Shown here: piece by piece, positions 55,984-64,000 of the stretch
Position numbering within the stretch: the stretch's first letter is position 1
Layout: each line of letters opens with the position of its first letter
Virus record (IMG/VR): IMGVR_UViG_3300037067_004615
Reading direction: 5' to 3' (one strand)
Origin: an uncultured virus (IMG/VR IMGVR_UViG_3300037067_004615)
Lineage: Duplodnaviria > Heunggongvirae > Uroviricota > Caudoviricetes
Length of the DNA: 64,000 nucleotides
Program-made: the position numbers and the translations under genes
The notes under the pieces: model-generated
Told to the model about the DNA's origin: nothing
Databases searched by the model: none
What the model saw: only the letters and a program-made list of their open reading frames with translations

Positions 55984-56424
55984 ATGAAAATTACGGCAAT
56001 TGTTATGGTCATGGTCAGACTGATATTGCCGTTTGTCAATTAAAACCCGGCCTGCTCTGGAAGTAATTTCAGATGCATAGTCTCCCTAATGCGGTGAAGC
56101 CCTAACCTTTAATTAAGGTGGGTAATGCCGAGCCAAGCATAAAGTGGTTATATCCATTTTAAGGCGTGTGTAGAAAACTTACAGGAGATACCCTGAATAA
56201 ATTATATTTATAAGGGTAAAGACAAGTTGCAAGATACGTACCGTAAGGTATGACACAAAAATGGGTTTGTTATCGGTGCCAACTTAATCTCACCTATTAA
56301 TACGGCGACTAGTGTCATCGTGACTCCTACCTATTCCCAGGCGGTTAGTTCATTGTCCGCTCTTTTGACCCTTATCTTTGTGGTTATACTCATTATTATG
56401 GGGGTTAAATCAATCGAAGCCTAG
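55984..56424 (+). CDS. Intron-split small hydrophobic protein, putative major coat protein (join 55984-56015, 56262-56424; 64 aa)
   Basis: Predicted spliced product MKITAIVMVMVGFVIGANLISPINTATSVIVTPTYSQAVSSLSALLTLIFVVILIIMGVKSIEA; the exon 2 frame is closed by TGA 56251 and has no early ATG. Confidence 0.65.
56016..56261 (+). ncRNA. Group I intron with non-canonical P7 and predicted omega-A
   Basis: P AATGCGGTGAA, Q AATGCCGAGCC, R GTAGAAAACTT, S AAGACAAGTTGC, P3 TCTCC/GGAGA, P8 TACCCT/AGGGTA, GUAA loops on P2 and P9. Confidence 0.8.
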
Positions 56425-56430
56425 TACCAT

Positions 56431-56468
56431 AAGGGGAGTTTTGAACGAAAGTTCGGCTCCCCTTTCTT
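56431..56468 (+). terminator. Intrinsic terminator
   Basis: AAGGGGAG...CTCCCCTT stem with a GAAA-capped inner hairpin followed by TCTT. Confidence 0.65.
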
Positions 56469-56498
56469 CTAACAAAAAATATAATGCAAGGCAATTAA

Positions 56499-56678
56499 AT
56501 GGCGACACAAAAGAAAGTATTAAAAAAGAACGAACGGAAGCTAAAAGGGAAGTGGCAACCGATCAGAAAAGGTGGGCTTATAAATCGTGGAATAGACTTA
56601 GAACATTCATATCATTATCAAGAAAGTCGAGAAGAAAAATTAAAAAGGTTAGGTGTGATAAATGGCAAGAAAAGCTAG
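56499..56678 (+). CDS. Basic small protein (59 aa)
   Basis: MATQKKVLKKNERKLKGKWQPIRKGGL..., read by hand. Confidence 0.55.
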   Translation: MATQKKVLKKNERKLKGKWQPIRKGGLINRGIDLEHSYHYQESREEKLKRLGVINGKKS

Positions 56679-56742
56679 AAAATCAACAAGAAAAACCAGA
56701 AAGAGTACAAGGAAATCAAGAAGAAGTTCAAAGCGTAGATAA
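56662..56742 (+). CDS. Protamine-like peptide (26 aa)
   Basis: MARKARKSTRKTRKSTRKSRRSSKRR; AGGTG RBS. Confidence 0.7.
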   Translation: MARKARKSTRKTRKSTRKSRRSSKRR

Positions 56743-56749
56743 GGGCTAA

Positions 56750-57070
56750 ATGAAAGTCAAAATTCGGAAAGTTTATTACAAAAGAATTAAGAGCGGGCGT
56801 GACCCTGTGAGGTTTGAGGCGGTACAACCGAATGGGTTAAATACCGATGTTCATGCTGTAGTGAAAATTGACCCAATTTTAAAAAAGTATCCTGATTTAA
56901 GAAAACCAATGCTACAACATGAGAAACATGAGTTGGTGATGTGGGGCAAGGGTCACGCTGACGCTCATTCTCACGCAAAAAGAAAAGAACCAAAACGTAC
57001 ACGATGTATCGGTGGGGTTAAAGGTTTCTGGTCGGAAATTAAAAAGCGTGAATATAAAAGGAGAAAGTAG
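56750..57070 (+). CDS. Basic protein with HExHE (zincin-like) motif
   Basis: MLQHEKHEL...AHSHA. Confidence 0.55.
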   Translation: MKVKIRKVYYKRIKSGRDPVRFEAVQPNGLNTDVHAVVKIDPILKKYPDLRKPMLQHEKHELVMWGKGHADAHSHAKRKEPKRTRCIGGVKGFWSEIKKREYKRRK

Positions 57071-57071
57071 T

Positions 57072-58595
57072 ATGGTAGTGAAAAGGAAAACTTGCAAAAA
57101 GACTGCTACTAAATCCCGTAAGGGTAAGGGCAAATGGTTAATGGGGAAACGGAATGTGCATATTAACGTTAGAGGGTCAAGATATACTACATTACCAGAA
57201 GGTACAAAAACTGCGTTAGATGCCCCTATGCCTTATGGTATAAAACCGATTAAACGTAGAAGGAAGTAGTGTGTTTATATGCGAAAGCATAGAGTGTTAT
57301 TAAGTAGAATTTGGAAACAGGATGGTAAATCTAAGACTTGTGTTGCAAAATTCCATCACGAAGTTCAAAAAAGGAAAGGGGATTCAAAATGAAAAAAAGA
57401 AATGTTCATAGCAAAGTTAAGGGGCGAAACGTCCGCTCAAGGGTTGACGGACTGAAACTTAACTTTAAGGGTGGATTTTTAAAAGGTTCTCAAAAATCAA
57501 GCAAAATGGGATTATTTTAGGGTAATCAAATGAATAATTATGTGAAACGGAATTGGTTGAAAAGTGGTGGGATTAAAATAGATTATAAGGGTGGGTTTTT
57601 GCCAAAACAATCTGTAAGGCGGAAACGTGGTGGTTGGATTGACAGCGATGGAACAGACCAACCGGAAACTGGAAAGTTTACTGATTATGTGGGTAGTTTT
57701 AAAGACTACATTTAAGGGTGTGATGTATGGTTAAACGTAAGGTCGCTAGAAAAACAAATGGTCGTTGGGGTTTTCCTATTGGCGATTCAAAAGGCATTGC
57801 ATATAAGGAAAGTCGGGAATCTAAACGTAAACGTATCATGACAGAACGTACCGAAAAAGCTAAACTTAAGTCTGACTTAAAGGAACAAAAACGATTGGAT
57901 AAACTTCAAGCGTTAAAACGGCAAACTGAAGTTGCTGAAGCGAAATATAAACTAAGAACCACTGAGCGAAAAGCAATGTTAGCACACCCATTGGGGCGAA
58001 TTGGTTTAAGTTCGTCGTTTGGAAAAGGCAAAAAACGTCGTAAAATAAGTTGGATTTAAAAGGAAGGTGTTAAAATGGCAAAGCGTACTAAAAGATCAGT
58101 CAAGTCTAAGGGGTACAAAGTTCCAGAAAAGGGTTTTCTATCTATGGTTTCAGATGTCAAGAAAAAGAATTGGTCACCTAAGTGGAAAATTTAAGGTAGC
58201 AAAATGCGAATCTTTCAATTAACGGACTATTGCTTTTGGGCGTAGTCCGTTTTTTGAAAAACTAGGTGGATGGGAATGGTTAAGAATATAGTCTGCCCTG
58301 AGTGTAAATCTAAGAATATTCATAAGTATGGTCACATGAAAAAACGGATTAAAGGCACAAAGAAGGTTGTCTTAGTACAACGTTTCCGGTGCTATACTTG
58401 TTTGCATCAATTCGGGCGGAAAGGAGAATAACTATGTCACCTGTTATCGTCAGAAAAATTCGAGGGAAGCGTTTCTGGACTGTGAAAGAAAAACGTAAAG
58501 GTGGTCGGATTTTTGCTCGTAAAACTACAAAAAAACGAGCATTAGCGCAACTTCGCTTGCTACGTGGGTTGGCACATGGTATGATTAAAAGGTAA
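57072..58595 (+). other. Run of small K/R-rich genes and one zinc ribbon
   Basis: ORFs 57072-57269, 57279-57392, 57389-57520, 57530-57715, 57727-58059, 58075-58194, 58276-58431 (CPEC...CYTC), 58434-58595. Confidence 0.65.
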
Positions 58596-58600
58596 GAGAT

Positions 58601-60211
58601 ATGAAGATTAAGTTTATTAAAATCGCATACGTATTTTTGATGGTGGTACTTTTAACAGTACCTACATTATTATATAGCGTACCTATTTCTGCTGTCACAA
58701 CTCCTACTATTCAGGATAGTCTAACTACTGCAAGTACAGGGGGTGATTCAGCGTCAATCTATGGTAATAACTATGGTGCGATGCAATTTACAGCGTCATC
58801 TACTTATTCGGTTAACTATATTGACGTAATGCTCAAGAAATCCGGCGACCCTGGTGACATTGAAGCATCAATCGTAACTGCAACTGCGGGTGTACCAACA
58901 GGAACAACTGATTCGATTACGTTTGATTCAATCGATGGCGGTACAATCAGTGACGGTTATTCATGGTGTAGATTTACTCCATCAAGTACAAGCGAAACAG
59001 CAGTCGTTAGTGGTACTCAGTACGCAATTATCATAAAGGCAAAGGGTGGCGATGCTACTCACTATATTGCGTGGCAAGTTGATACAGATGGTGGTGTAGG
59101 TACAATCAATTACTCTCATTCTGCCGATGGTGGTGAAACATGGACAACCGATTCACCGAAAGATGGTTTATTTAAGGTCTATGGTACTGATGTGTTATCC
59201 ATTGTGAGTGCAAAGGAATTTGACGATTATATAACAACCGACGATATGATTTTTACCATAGAATACATTAATACTTACCCGCCTTATTTTACTAATAATT
59301 CAGATGCGTCTGCAACATTTTATCTTCAACTAAGGACTTCCGACAATACTGTTATTATAGCTCAAACACCTATGAAAGCGTGGGGTGATAGGCCAGGTTC
59401 AATTTATATAGGTACAAGTGTTGCCGCTGGCATTACTGCTGGTAGCCAATTATATATCAGGATGGTATTAGCAAGTAATGCGGCTGTTTATGAAGAATAT
59501 CAATTAGCGTCATCTGATTGGTTGGGTAAAGCAAGCCCATTATCCGCACATACATCAAACTTTTTATTGAATGTATATGATAAAATTACAGGACAGAGTG
59601 AACATAGTACTCTTGACCAATGGGTTAGAAGTACGGCGGATAATATAGACGATTATAATTATGTGAATTATGGAACAACTACAAGCCTGACAACTTATTT
59701 ACAAAATAAAGGTCAAGTTTTAGCACAGGCTACAGAAGGCGATTCTATATTCTTAAATGGTATACCGTCTTTAAACTATGTTCGACCAAATTTGTTTGAG
59801 GTTGTAACTGCCGAAGCGTCAATCGAGACAACTGATTGGGATAACACTTATGTAACTGATTCAGATACAGTATTTGCTAATAATGTAGGGACAACAGTTT
59901 CGGGTGATATGGCGGCATTAGGAAATTTATTCGGTATAACAGCTACCGCTGAAGATGCTGATAATAATGAACCATCAATAAGCGTGGCTCGTAAAACAAT
60001 GGGTACTGTTATTATGTTAGTCGCAGTGGCTATGGCATTTTTCGGGTTATTTGCTGTTGGGGTTGGTTTTGCACCTGTGTCTTTGTTCCTATCTATGCCT
60101 TTACTTTTTTGGGGTGCACAGATCAGGGCTATCGATATCAGATTGATCGGGTTGGTTATATTTATTCTGTTCTTTATCTGTATTAGAAAATATATATGGG
60201 TTGAGGGGTAA
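58601..60211 (+). CDS. Exported beta-rich protein with C-terminal transmembrane helices (putative virion/surface protein)
   Basis: Signal-peptide-like N-terminus, T/S/G-rich beta domains, about three terminal hydrophobic helices. Confidence 0.7.
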   Translation: MKIKFIKIAYVFLMVVLLTVPTLLYSVPISAVTTPTIQDSLTTASTGGDSASIYGNNYGAMQFTASSTYSVNYIDVMLKKSGDPGDIEASIVTATAGVPTGTTDSITFDSIDGGTISDGYSWCRFTPSSTSETAVVSGTQYAIIIKAKGGDATHYIAWQVDTDGGVGTINYSHSADGGETWTTDSPKDGLFKVYGTDVLSIVSAKEFDDYITTDDMIFTIEYINTYPPYFTNNSDASATFYLQLRTSDNTVIIAQTPMKAWGDRPGSIYIGTSVAAGITAGSQLYIRMVLASNAAVYEEYQLASSDWLGKASPLSAHTSNFLLNVYDKITGQSEHSTLDQWVRSTADNIDDYNYVNYGTTTSLTTYLQNKGQVLAQATEGDSIFLNGIPSLNYVRPNLFEVVTAEASIETTDWDNTYVTDSDTVFANNVGTTVSGDMAALGNLFGITATAEDADNNEPSISVARKTMGTVIMLVAVAMAFFGLFAVGVGFAPVSLFLSMPLLFWGAQIRAIDIRLIGLVIFILFFICIRKYIWVEG

Positions 60212-60212
60212 T

Positions 60213-62684
60213 ATGCGCTTTAATCGATTGAATATTGTATCAATAATTTTACTGATAGTATTGTTGGTTGGAATGATAGTAATACCTATATATGGGTTAA
60301 CGCCAACGCTATTAGGTCGAATATCTGGTTCAGGTGCACCTAATTATTTATATGGGGCATCAGATGTATTCGTATCAGGTAGTTATGCTTACGTGACTGC
60401 ATATTTCGATGATTCTTTTGTTGTTATAGATGTTTCTACACCATCATCACCAACATTTGTAAGTAAATTATCAGGAAGTGGTTCACCTAATTATTTAAAT
60501 GGTGCATCATCTATTTACGTTGTGGGTAATTATGCATATGTGACATCTGCAATTGATGATGCATTAACAATTATTGATATTAGTACACCATCATCACCAA
60601 CATTTGTAAGTAAATTATCAGGAAGTGGTGCACCTAATTATTTAGATCAAGCAAGAAATGTTTTTGTTTCGGGAAATTATGCATATGTAGCTTCTTGGGG
60701 TTATAGTGCATTAACTATTGTCGATATATCAACACCTGCTACGCCAACGTTATCTGGAGTTATAAGAGGTTCAGGTTCACCTAATTATTTAGGTGGTGCA
60801 TCGAGTGTTTTTAAGTCCGGTAATTATGCTTATGTTGCAGCTTCTAGTGACAGTTCCCTAACTGTTATCGATGTAACTAATCCGGCTGTGCCTACTTTTG
60901 CGAGTAAGATATCAGGGGGTGGTTCACCTAATTATTTACAATATCCTAGAAGTGTGTTCATTTCTGGGAATTTTGCATATGTATCAGTAGATGTTGATTT
61001 TACCCTAACTGTGATTGATATTACAAACCCGATTGTACCATCGTTTGAGGGGTATGTGTATAGCAGTACGTATTTAAAGGGTGTAACTGATATGTATGTT
61101 TCGGGTAATTTCGCGTATATCACAGCAGTTGATTCATATTGTTTGGCAGTGGTAAATATATCAACACCATCGTCACCTATAGTTGATGGTGGTGTAGTTA
61201 ATGGCGGTATCCGATCTTATCAAAGTGGAGTGTTTTCTGTTGGTGACTATACTTATGTAACAGAATCATATGGTAATGCTTTGAGTATATATGATGCAGT
61301 ATTAAAAGCCCCTGCTATTACAACAACTGCGGCTAGTAATATCACAACTGCATCGGCAAGATTAAATTCTAACCTTACAGAAGATGGTAATGATACTTGT
61401 GAAGTACAATTCGGGTATGATACAGTTTCTCGTGCTGTATTTAACGACTATGCCAATAAAACTGGGCTTGCAGGCGCATGGACTCAAGGACAAAACCCAT
61501 ATGTAGATATTAGTAGCCTTTTAATGAACACAACTTATTATTTTAGAGCACAAGTAAAAAATGATTATTCAACAGTAACAAGTAGTGTTGAGTTGTCATT
61601 TACTACATCTTCTGTCCCTACAGTTCCAACTAATCTTCAAGCCTATCCTTTAAGTGATTCAATCTATCTAACATGGACTAAAGGGAGTGGTTCAAACAAT
61701 ACATACATTTACTATAAGACTTCACCTTATACGTCATCAAACACAAACTTAATTACGAATGGTTCGTTTGAAACAGCAGACCCGCCGACAGGATGGACGC
61801 TAGCTGGTGCTGGTGCAACATTCTCACGTAGTAGTACACAATTCAAAATAGGTAGCTATAGTGGAAAATTAATTCGAGGTGGTGCGGATTGTGCTGTAAC
61901 ACAAGATTTAACCACAACTGAAAACGGAGAAACATTAACGTTCGGTTGTTGGGTATATGCTACAGTAGCGAATAGAGCGTATATCTACATCGCAGATGGG
62001 ACAACTACTACAACTTCAATTGCACATACAGGGGTTGCAGGGTGGGAATGGTTAGAAATTACACAAACCATAAATGATGGGGCAACTCATGTTTATTTAG
62101 GTTGTCAGGTTAAAACAGGTGATACAACTGCTTATTTTGATCGTGCTTTTTGTATAGAGGGGACTGTAATTCCGGCAGAAGGAACATTGGTCTATTCTAG
62201 CTCGGATAGTACATATTCTCATACAGGATTAACACTAGGTGTTACGTATTACTACGCACTTGTTGGTCAAAGTGGTGATTTATTCAGTGATACATATGCT
62301 ACTATATTAATGACTACTACTGCTAGTGGGTTAACACCTACAGGGTTTGATTCATTTACTCAACCTGGTGGTAGCGATTATGATATATCTAACCCGAATA
62401 TTGCAGTATTAGAAAATTTAGGGCCTTTTTATGGTTTGATAAATGGTTTTATAGATAGTTGGGGTATGGCAAGGGGTAACGCATGGGCCGGTATTGCAGC
62501 ATTTTTAATTGTAATAATCGCATTGGTCGTGTATATTCGTTCGGGTAGTATTTCTGGTTCACTAGTGGTAGTATTAATATGTTTGATTATTACTTATTTC
62601 TTGAAAATTACGTCCGGTTGGTGGATTTTCTTTGCACTAGCTGGTGTGTTGGGTTCGTTTGCATTACCCAAAAGGGAGGTATAG
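60213..62684 (+). CDS. Membrane-anchored adhesin: LVIVD beta-propeller, FN3-like and CBM-like domains
   Basis: About seven YAYV...L.IIDIS.P..P repeats, TTYYFRA and P.NL FN3 motifs, NLITNGSFE domain, C-terminal TM helices. Confidence 0.8.
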   Translation: MRFNRLNIVSIILLIVLLVGMIVIPIYGLTPTLLGRISGSGAPNYLYGASDVFVSGSYAYVTAYFDDSFVVIDVSTPSSPTFVSKLSGSGSPNYLNGASSIYVVGNYAYVTSAIDDALTIIDISTPSSPTFVSKLSGSGAPNYLDQARNVFVSGNYAYVASWGYSALTIVDISTPATPTLSGVIRGSGSPNYLGGASSVFKSGNYAYVAASSDSSLTVIDVTNPAVPTFASKISGGGSPNYLQYPRSVFISGNFAYVSVDVDFTLTVIDITNPIVPSFEGYVYSSTYLKGVTDMYVSGNFAYITAVDSYCLAVVNISTPSSPIVDGGVVNGGIRSYQSGVFSVGDYTYVTESYGNALSIYDAVLKAPAITTTAASNITTASARLNSNLTEDGNDTCEVQFGYDTVSRAVFNDYANKTGLAGAWTQGQNPYVDISSLLMNTTYYFRAQVKNDYSTVTSSVELSFTTSSVPTVPTNLQAYPLSDSIYLTWTKGSGSNNTYIYYKTSPYTSSNTNLITNGSFETADPPTGWTLAGAGATFSRSSTQFKIGSYSGKLIRGGADCAVTQDLTTTENGETLTFGCWVYATVANRAYIYIADGTTTTTSIAHTGVAGWEWLEITQTINDGATHVYLGCQVKTGDTTAYFDRAFCIEGTVIPAEGTLVYSSSDSTYSHTGLTLGVTYYYALVGQSGDLFSDTYATILMTTTASGLTPTGFDSFTQPGGSDYDISNPNIAVLENLGPFYGLINGFIDSWGMARGNAWAGIAAFLIVIIALVVYIRSGSISGSLVVVLICLIITYFLKITSGWWIFFALAGVLGSFALPKREV

Positions 62685-62688
62685 TCGT

Positions 62689-63027
62689 ATGCGAATGTCG
62701 CTCGTCATCGCTTTGACCATGCTATATATTTGTGGCATGATGATATCAAATACTTGTGAACAGCAGACTTTATTAGGGACAGGTGACTTAACTTTAGTCC
62801 AACAATTGATAACGCCACCTGTATCTGATTGGTCTAATCCTGCGGCGGCCATAGGTTCATTAATTGCTATCCCCATATATTACATTATACTCATAGTAAG
62901 GATAGGTACTTTTGATTTTGCTTTCTTTTATGGTACGTGGGAAGTTTTACGACTTGTATTCTGTGCAATTGGGGTAGGTATGACTGTTGGTTGGATAACT
63001 ATTTTACGTGGTGTCCATTCCCAATAA
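62689..63027 (+). CDS. Membrane protein
   Basis: Several hydrophobic helices; GGAGGT RBS. Confidence 0.7.
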   Translation: MRMSLVIALTMLYICGMMISNTCEQQTLLGTGDLTLVQQLITPPVSDWSNPAAAIGSLIAIPIYYIILIVRIGTFDFAFFYGTWEVLRLVFCAIGVGMTVGWITILRGVHSQ

Positions 63028-63043
63028 TTTAAGGAAGTGACTT

Positions 63044-63247
63044 ATGTATCGAAGTGCGATGGTGCTTGGTGCAATTATAATTGGTGGTGTAATATTTCTT
63101 GCGATGTTTCCATCTATGAGAACTGGGATGTCGATTGATACTACAGGTTGGATACCGTTGTTTGCTACGATGGTTAGATTCCTACCCTATGTTCTAATTG
63201 TATTTATTGTGCTGTGGTTTTTAGCTAAATCTCGAAGGGGGAATTAA
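63044..63247 (+). CDS. Small two-helix hydrophobic protein (coat-protein-like paralog)
   Basis: Hydrophobic helix-FPS-polar turn-LFATMVRFLPYVLIVFIVLWFL-basic tail. Confidence 0.65.
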   Translation: MYRSAMVLGAIIIGGVIFLAMFPSMRTGMSIDTTGWIPLFATMVRFLPYVLIVFIVLWFLAKSRRGN

Positions 63248-63250
63248 TAA

Positions 63251-64000
63251 ATGGTAATTTCTGGCAGACCTAGTGCATCTACTACAAAAACAGTATCATC
63301 TAAACAAGCAGGTGTAATTTCAGGTGTACCATCAAGTGATGTTGACACATCGAAGTACGTTTTGTTAGCAGATGGAACTTATGTTGATAAGTCAGCGTTT
63401 GAACAGTTACCTGAAGATGTGCAAAGAAAAGGTTTAACCGATGGATTAGATGCTTTACAAACGACTTTGCAATCAAAGCAGTCAGACTATAAAGACGCTA
63501 TGAAAATGCTTGAACCGTGGACTGATAAAGACGGTAAAGTTGACTTAGTAAAAGCGGTAAAAGAAGGTGTCGATACTGGAAGATTAAAAGATGTGGGTAT
63601 TGTTGATGAAGCATCTTTGAATAAAGTACAAAAATATCTAAGTGCAGTCGAAAAAGTAAAAGTTGAAATGCATCATGGTCAAGGATGGGGCGGTGGTTGG
63701 GAAGGTGGTTCTGTTAGTGGGATTATAAATGTCTTAGATAAAAATGGGAATATATCAGGTAGTTCTATTATATCGTATTATAGCCAAACTAAAGATGATG
63801 AAACCGTCAAGGATTTAGGGTATGATCTTGAACAAATAAAAAAGATTGTTAAGCGCATAGAAAGACGTAAAGAAGAAAGGCGTGAAGCAAAAGATGTTGG
63901 TGCAACCGCAGAAGAAATTGCGACTGTAGTTTATGATCCTGTTACCAATGCACCTATTGTACCTCCGAAACTTCCGAAAGCGGTGGCTGTTCCTGTTACT
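63251..64000 (+). CDS. Large hypothetical protein, runs off the window end
   Basis: Frame starting MVISGRPSAS... appears open to the window edge. Confidence 0.65.
   Translation, partial: MVISGRPSASTTKTVSSKQAGVISGVPSSDVDTSKYVLLADGTYVDKSAFEQLPEDVQRKGLTDGLDALQTTLQSKQSDYKDAMKMLEPWTDKDGKVDLVKAVKEGVDTGRLKDVGIVDEASLNKVQKYLSAVEKVKVEMHHGQGWGGGWEGGSVSGIINVLDKNGNISGSSIISYYSQTKDDETVKDLGYDLEQIKKIVKRIERRKEERREAKDVGATAEEIATVVYDPVTNAPIVPPKLPKAVAVPVT

Noticed and set aside
56038..56262. T4 gene 60-style ribosomal bypass (AAT-TAA take-off, AAT landing)
   Set aside because: Matching codons exist, but the gap has a complete group I fold with P1/P10 guide pairing, which explains the interruption better. Not formally excluded.
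56004..56264. Canonical omega-G splice joining 56004 to 56264
   Set aside because: The pairing is possible but yields only MKITAIVGLLSVPT-stop and discards the long hydrophobic frame. The in-frame omega-G options lack a well-stacked P10.
56378..56749. 123-aa ORF from the track
   Set aside because: It crosses the coat-gene end and terminator; two ORFs in other frames (56499, 56662) explain the region better.
1..64000. Alternative genetic code
   Set aside because: Long genes are intact under code 11, all three stops are used at gene ends, and no suppressor tRNA is present.
1..64000. Reverse transcriptase systems (DGR, retron), integrase, terminase, portal or HK97 capsid
   Set aside because: No supporting motifs were seen in this window; such genes could lie outside it.

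Overview
Low-GC, gene-dense segment of a large virus that appears to infect bacteria (sigma70-type TTGACA-17-TATAAT promoters with extended -10, Shine-Dalgarno RBSs, bacterial-type tRNAs, O-like initiator/DnaC/primase genes). There are three blocks. (1) Rightward 1-26.3 kb: DNA modification and replication genes (RlmN-like radical SAM, two-frame C5 methyltransferase, SNF2-like helicase plus N-methyltransferase, initiator with internal iterons, DnaC-like loader, intein-containing primase-helicase, RNA ligase), ending in eight tRNAs interleaved with unidentified structured RNAs. (2) Leftward 26.3-51.9 kb: many small early/accessory genes with RNase III-like hairpins, an IS607 element, a second ncRNA cluster and an anticodon-less tRNA-Ala mimic. 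(3) Rightward 53-64 kb: truncated IS605-type tnpB, a frameshifted free-standing homing endonuclease, and a putative virion module with no recognisable head-tail genes. That module has two small two-helix hydrophobic proteins resembling spindle-shaped-virus coat proteins, a run of very basic protamine-like peptides and large membrane-anchored surface proteins. The top finding is a group I intron inside the putative coat gene whose P7 lacks the canonical guanosine-binding G-C pair. Its guide pairing places the 3' splice site after an A (omega-A), and this restores the reading frame. All family calls are by eye from motifs; no database searches or folding programs were run.
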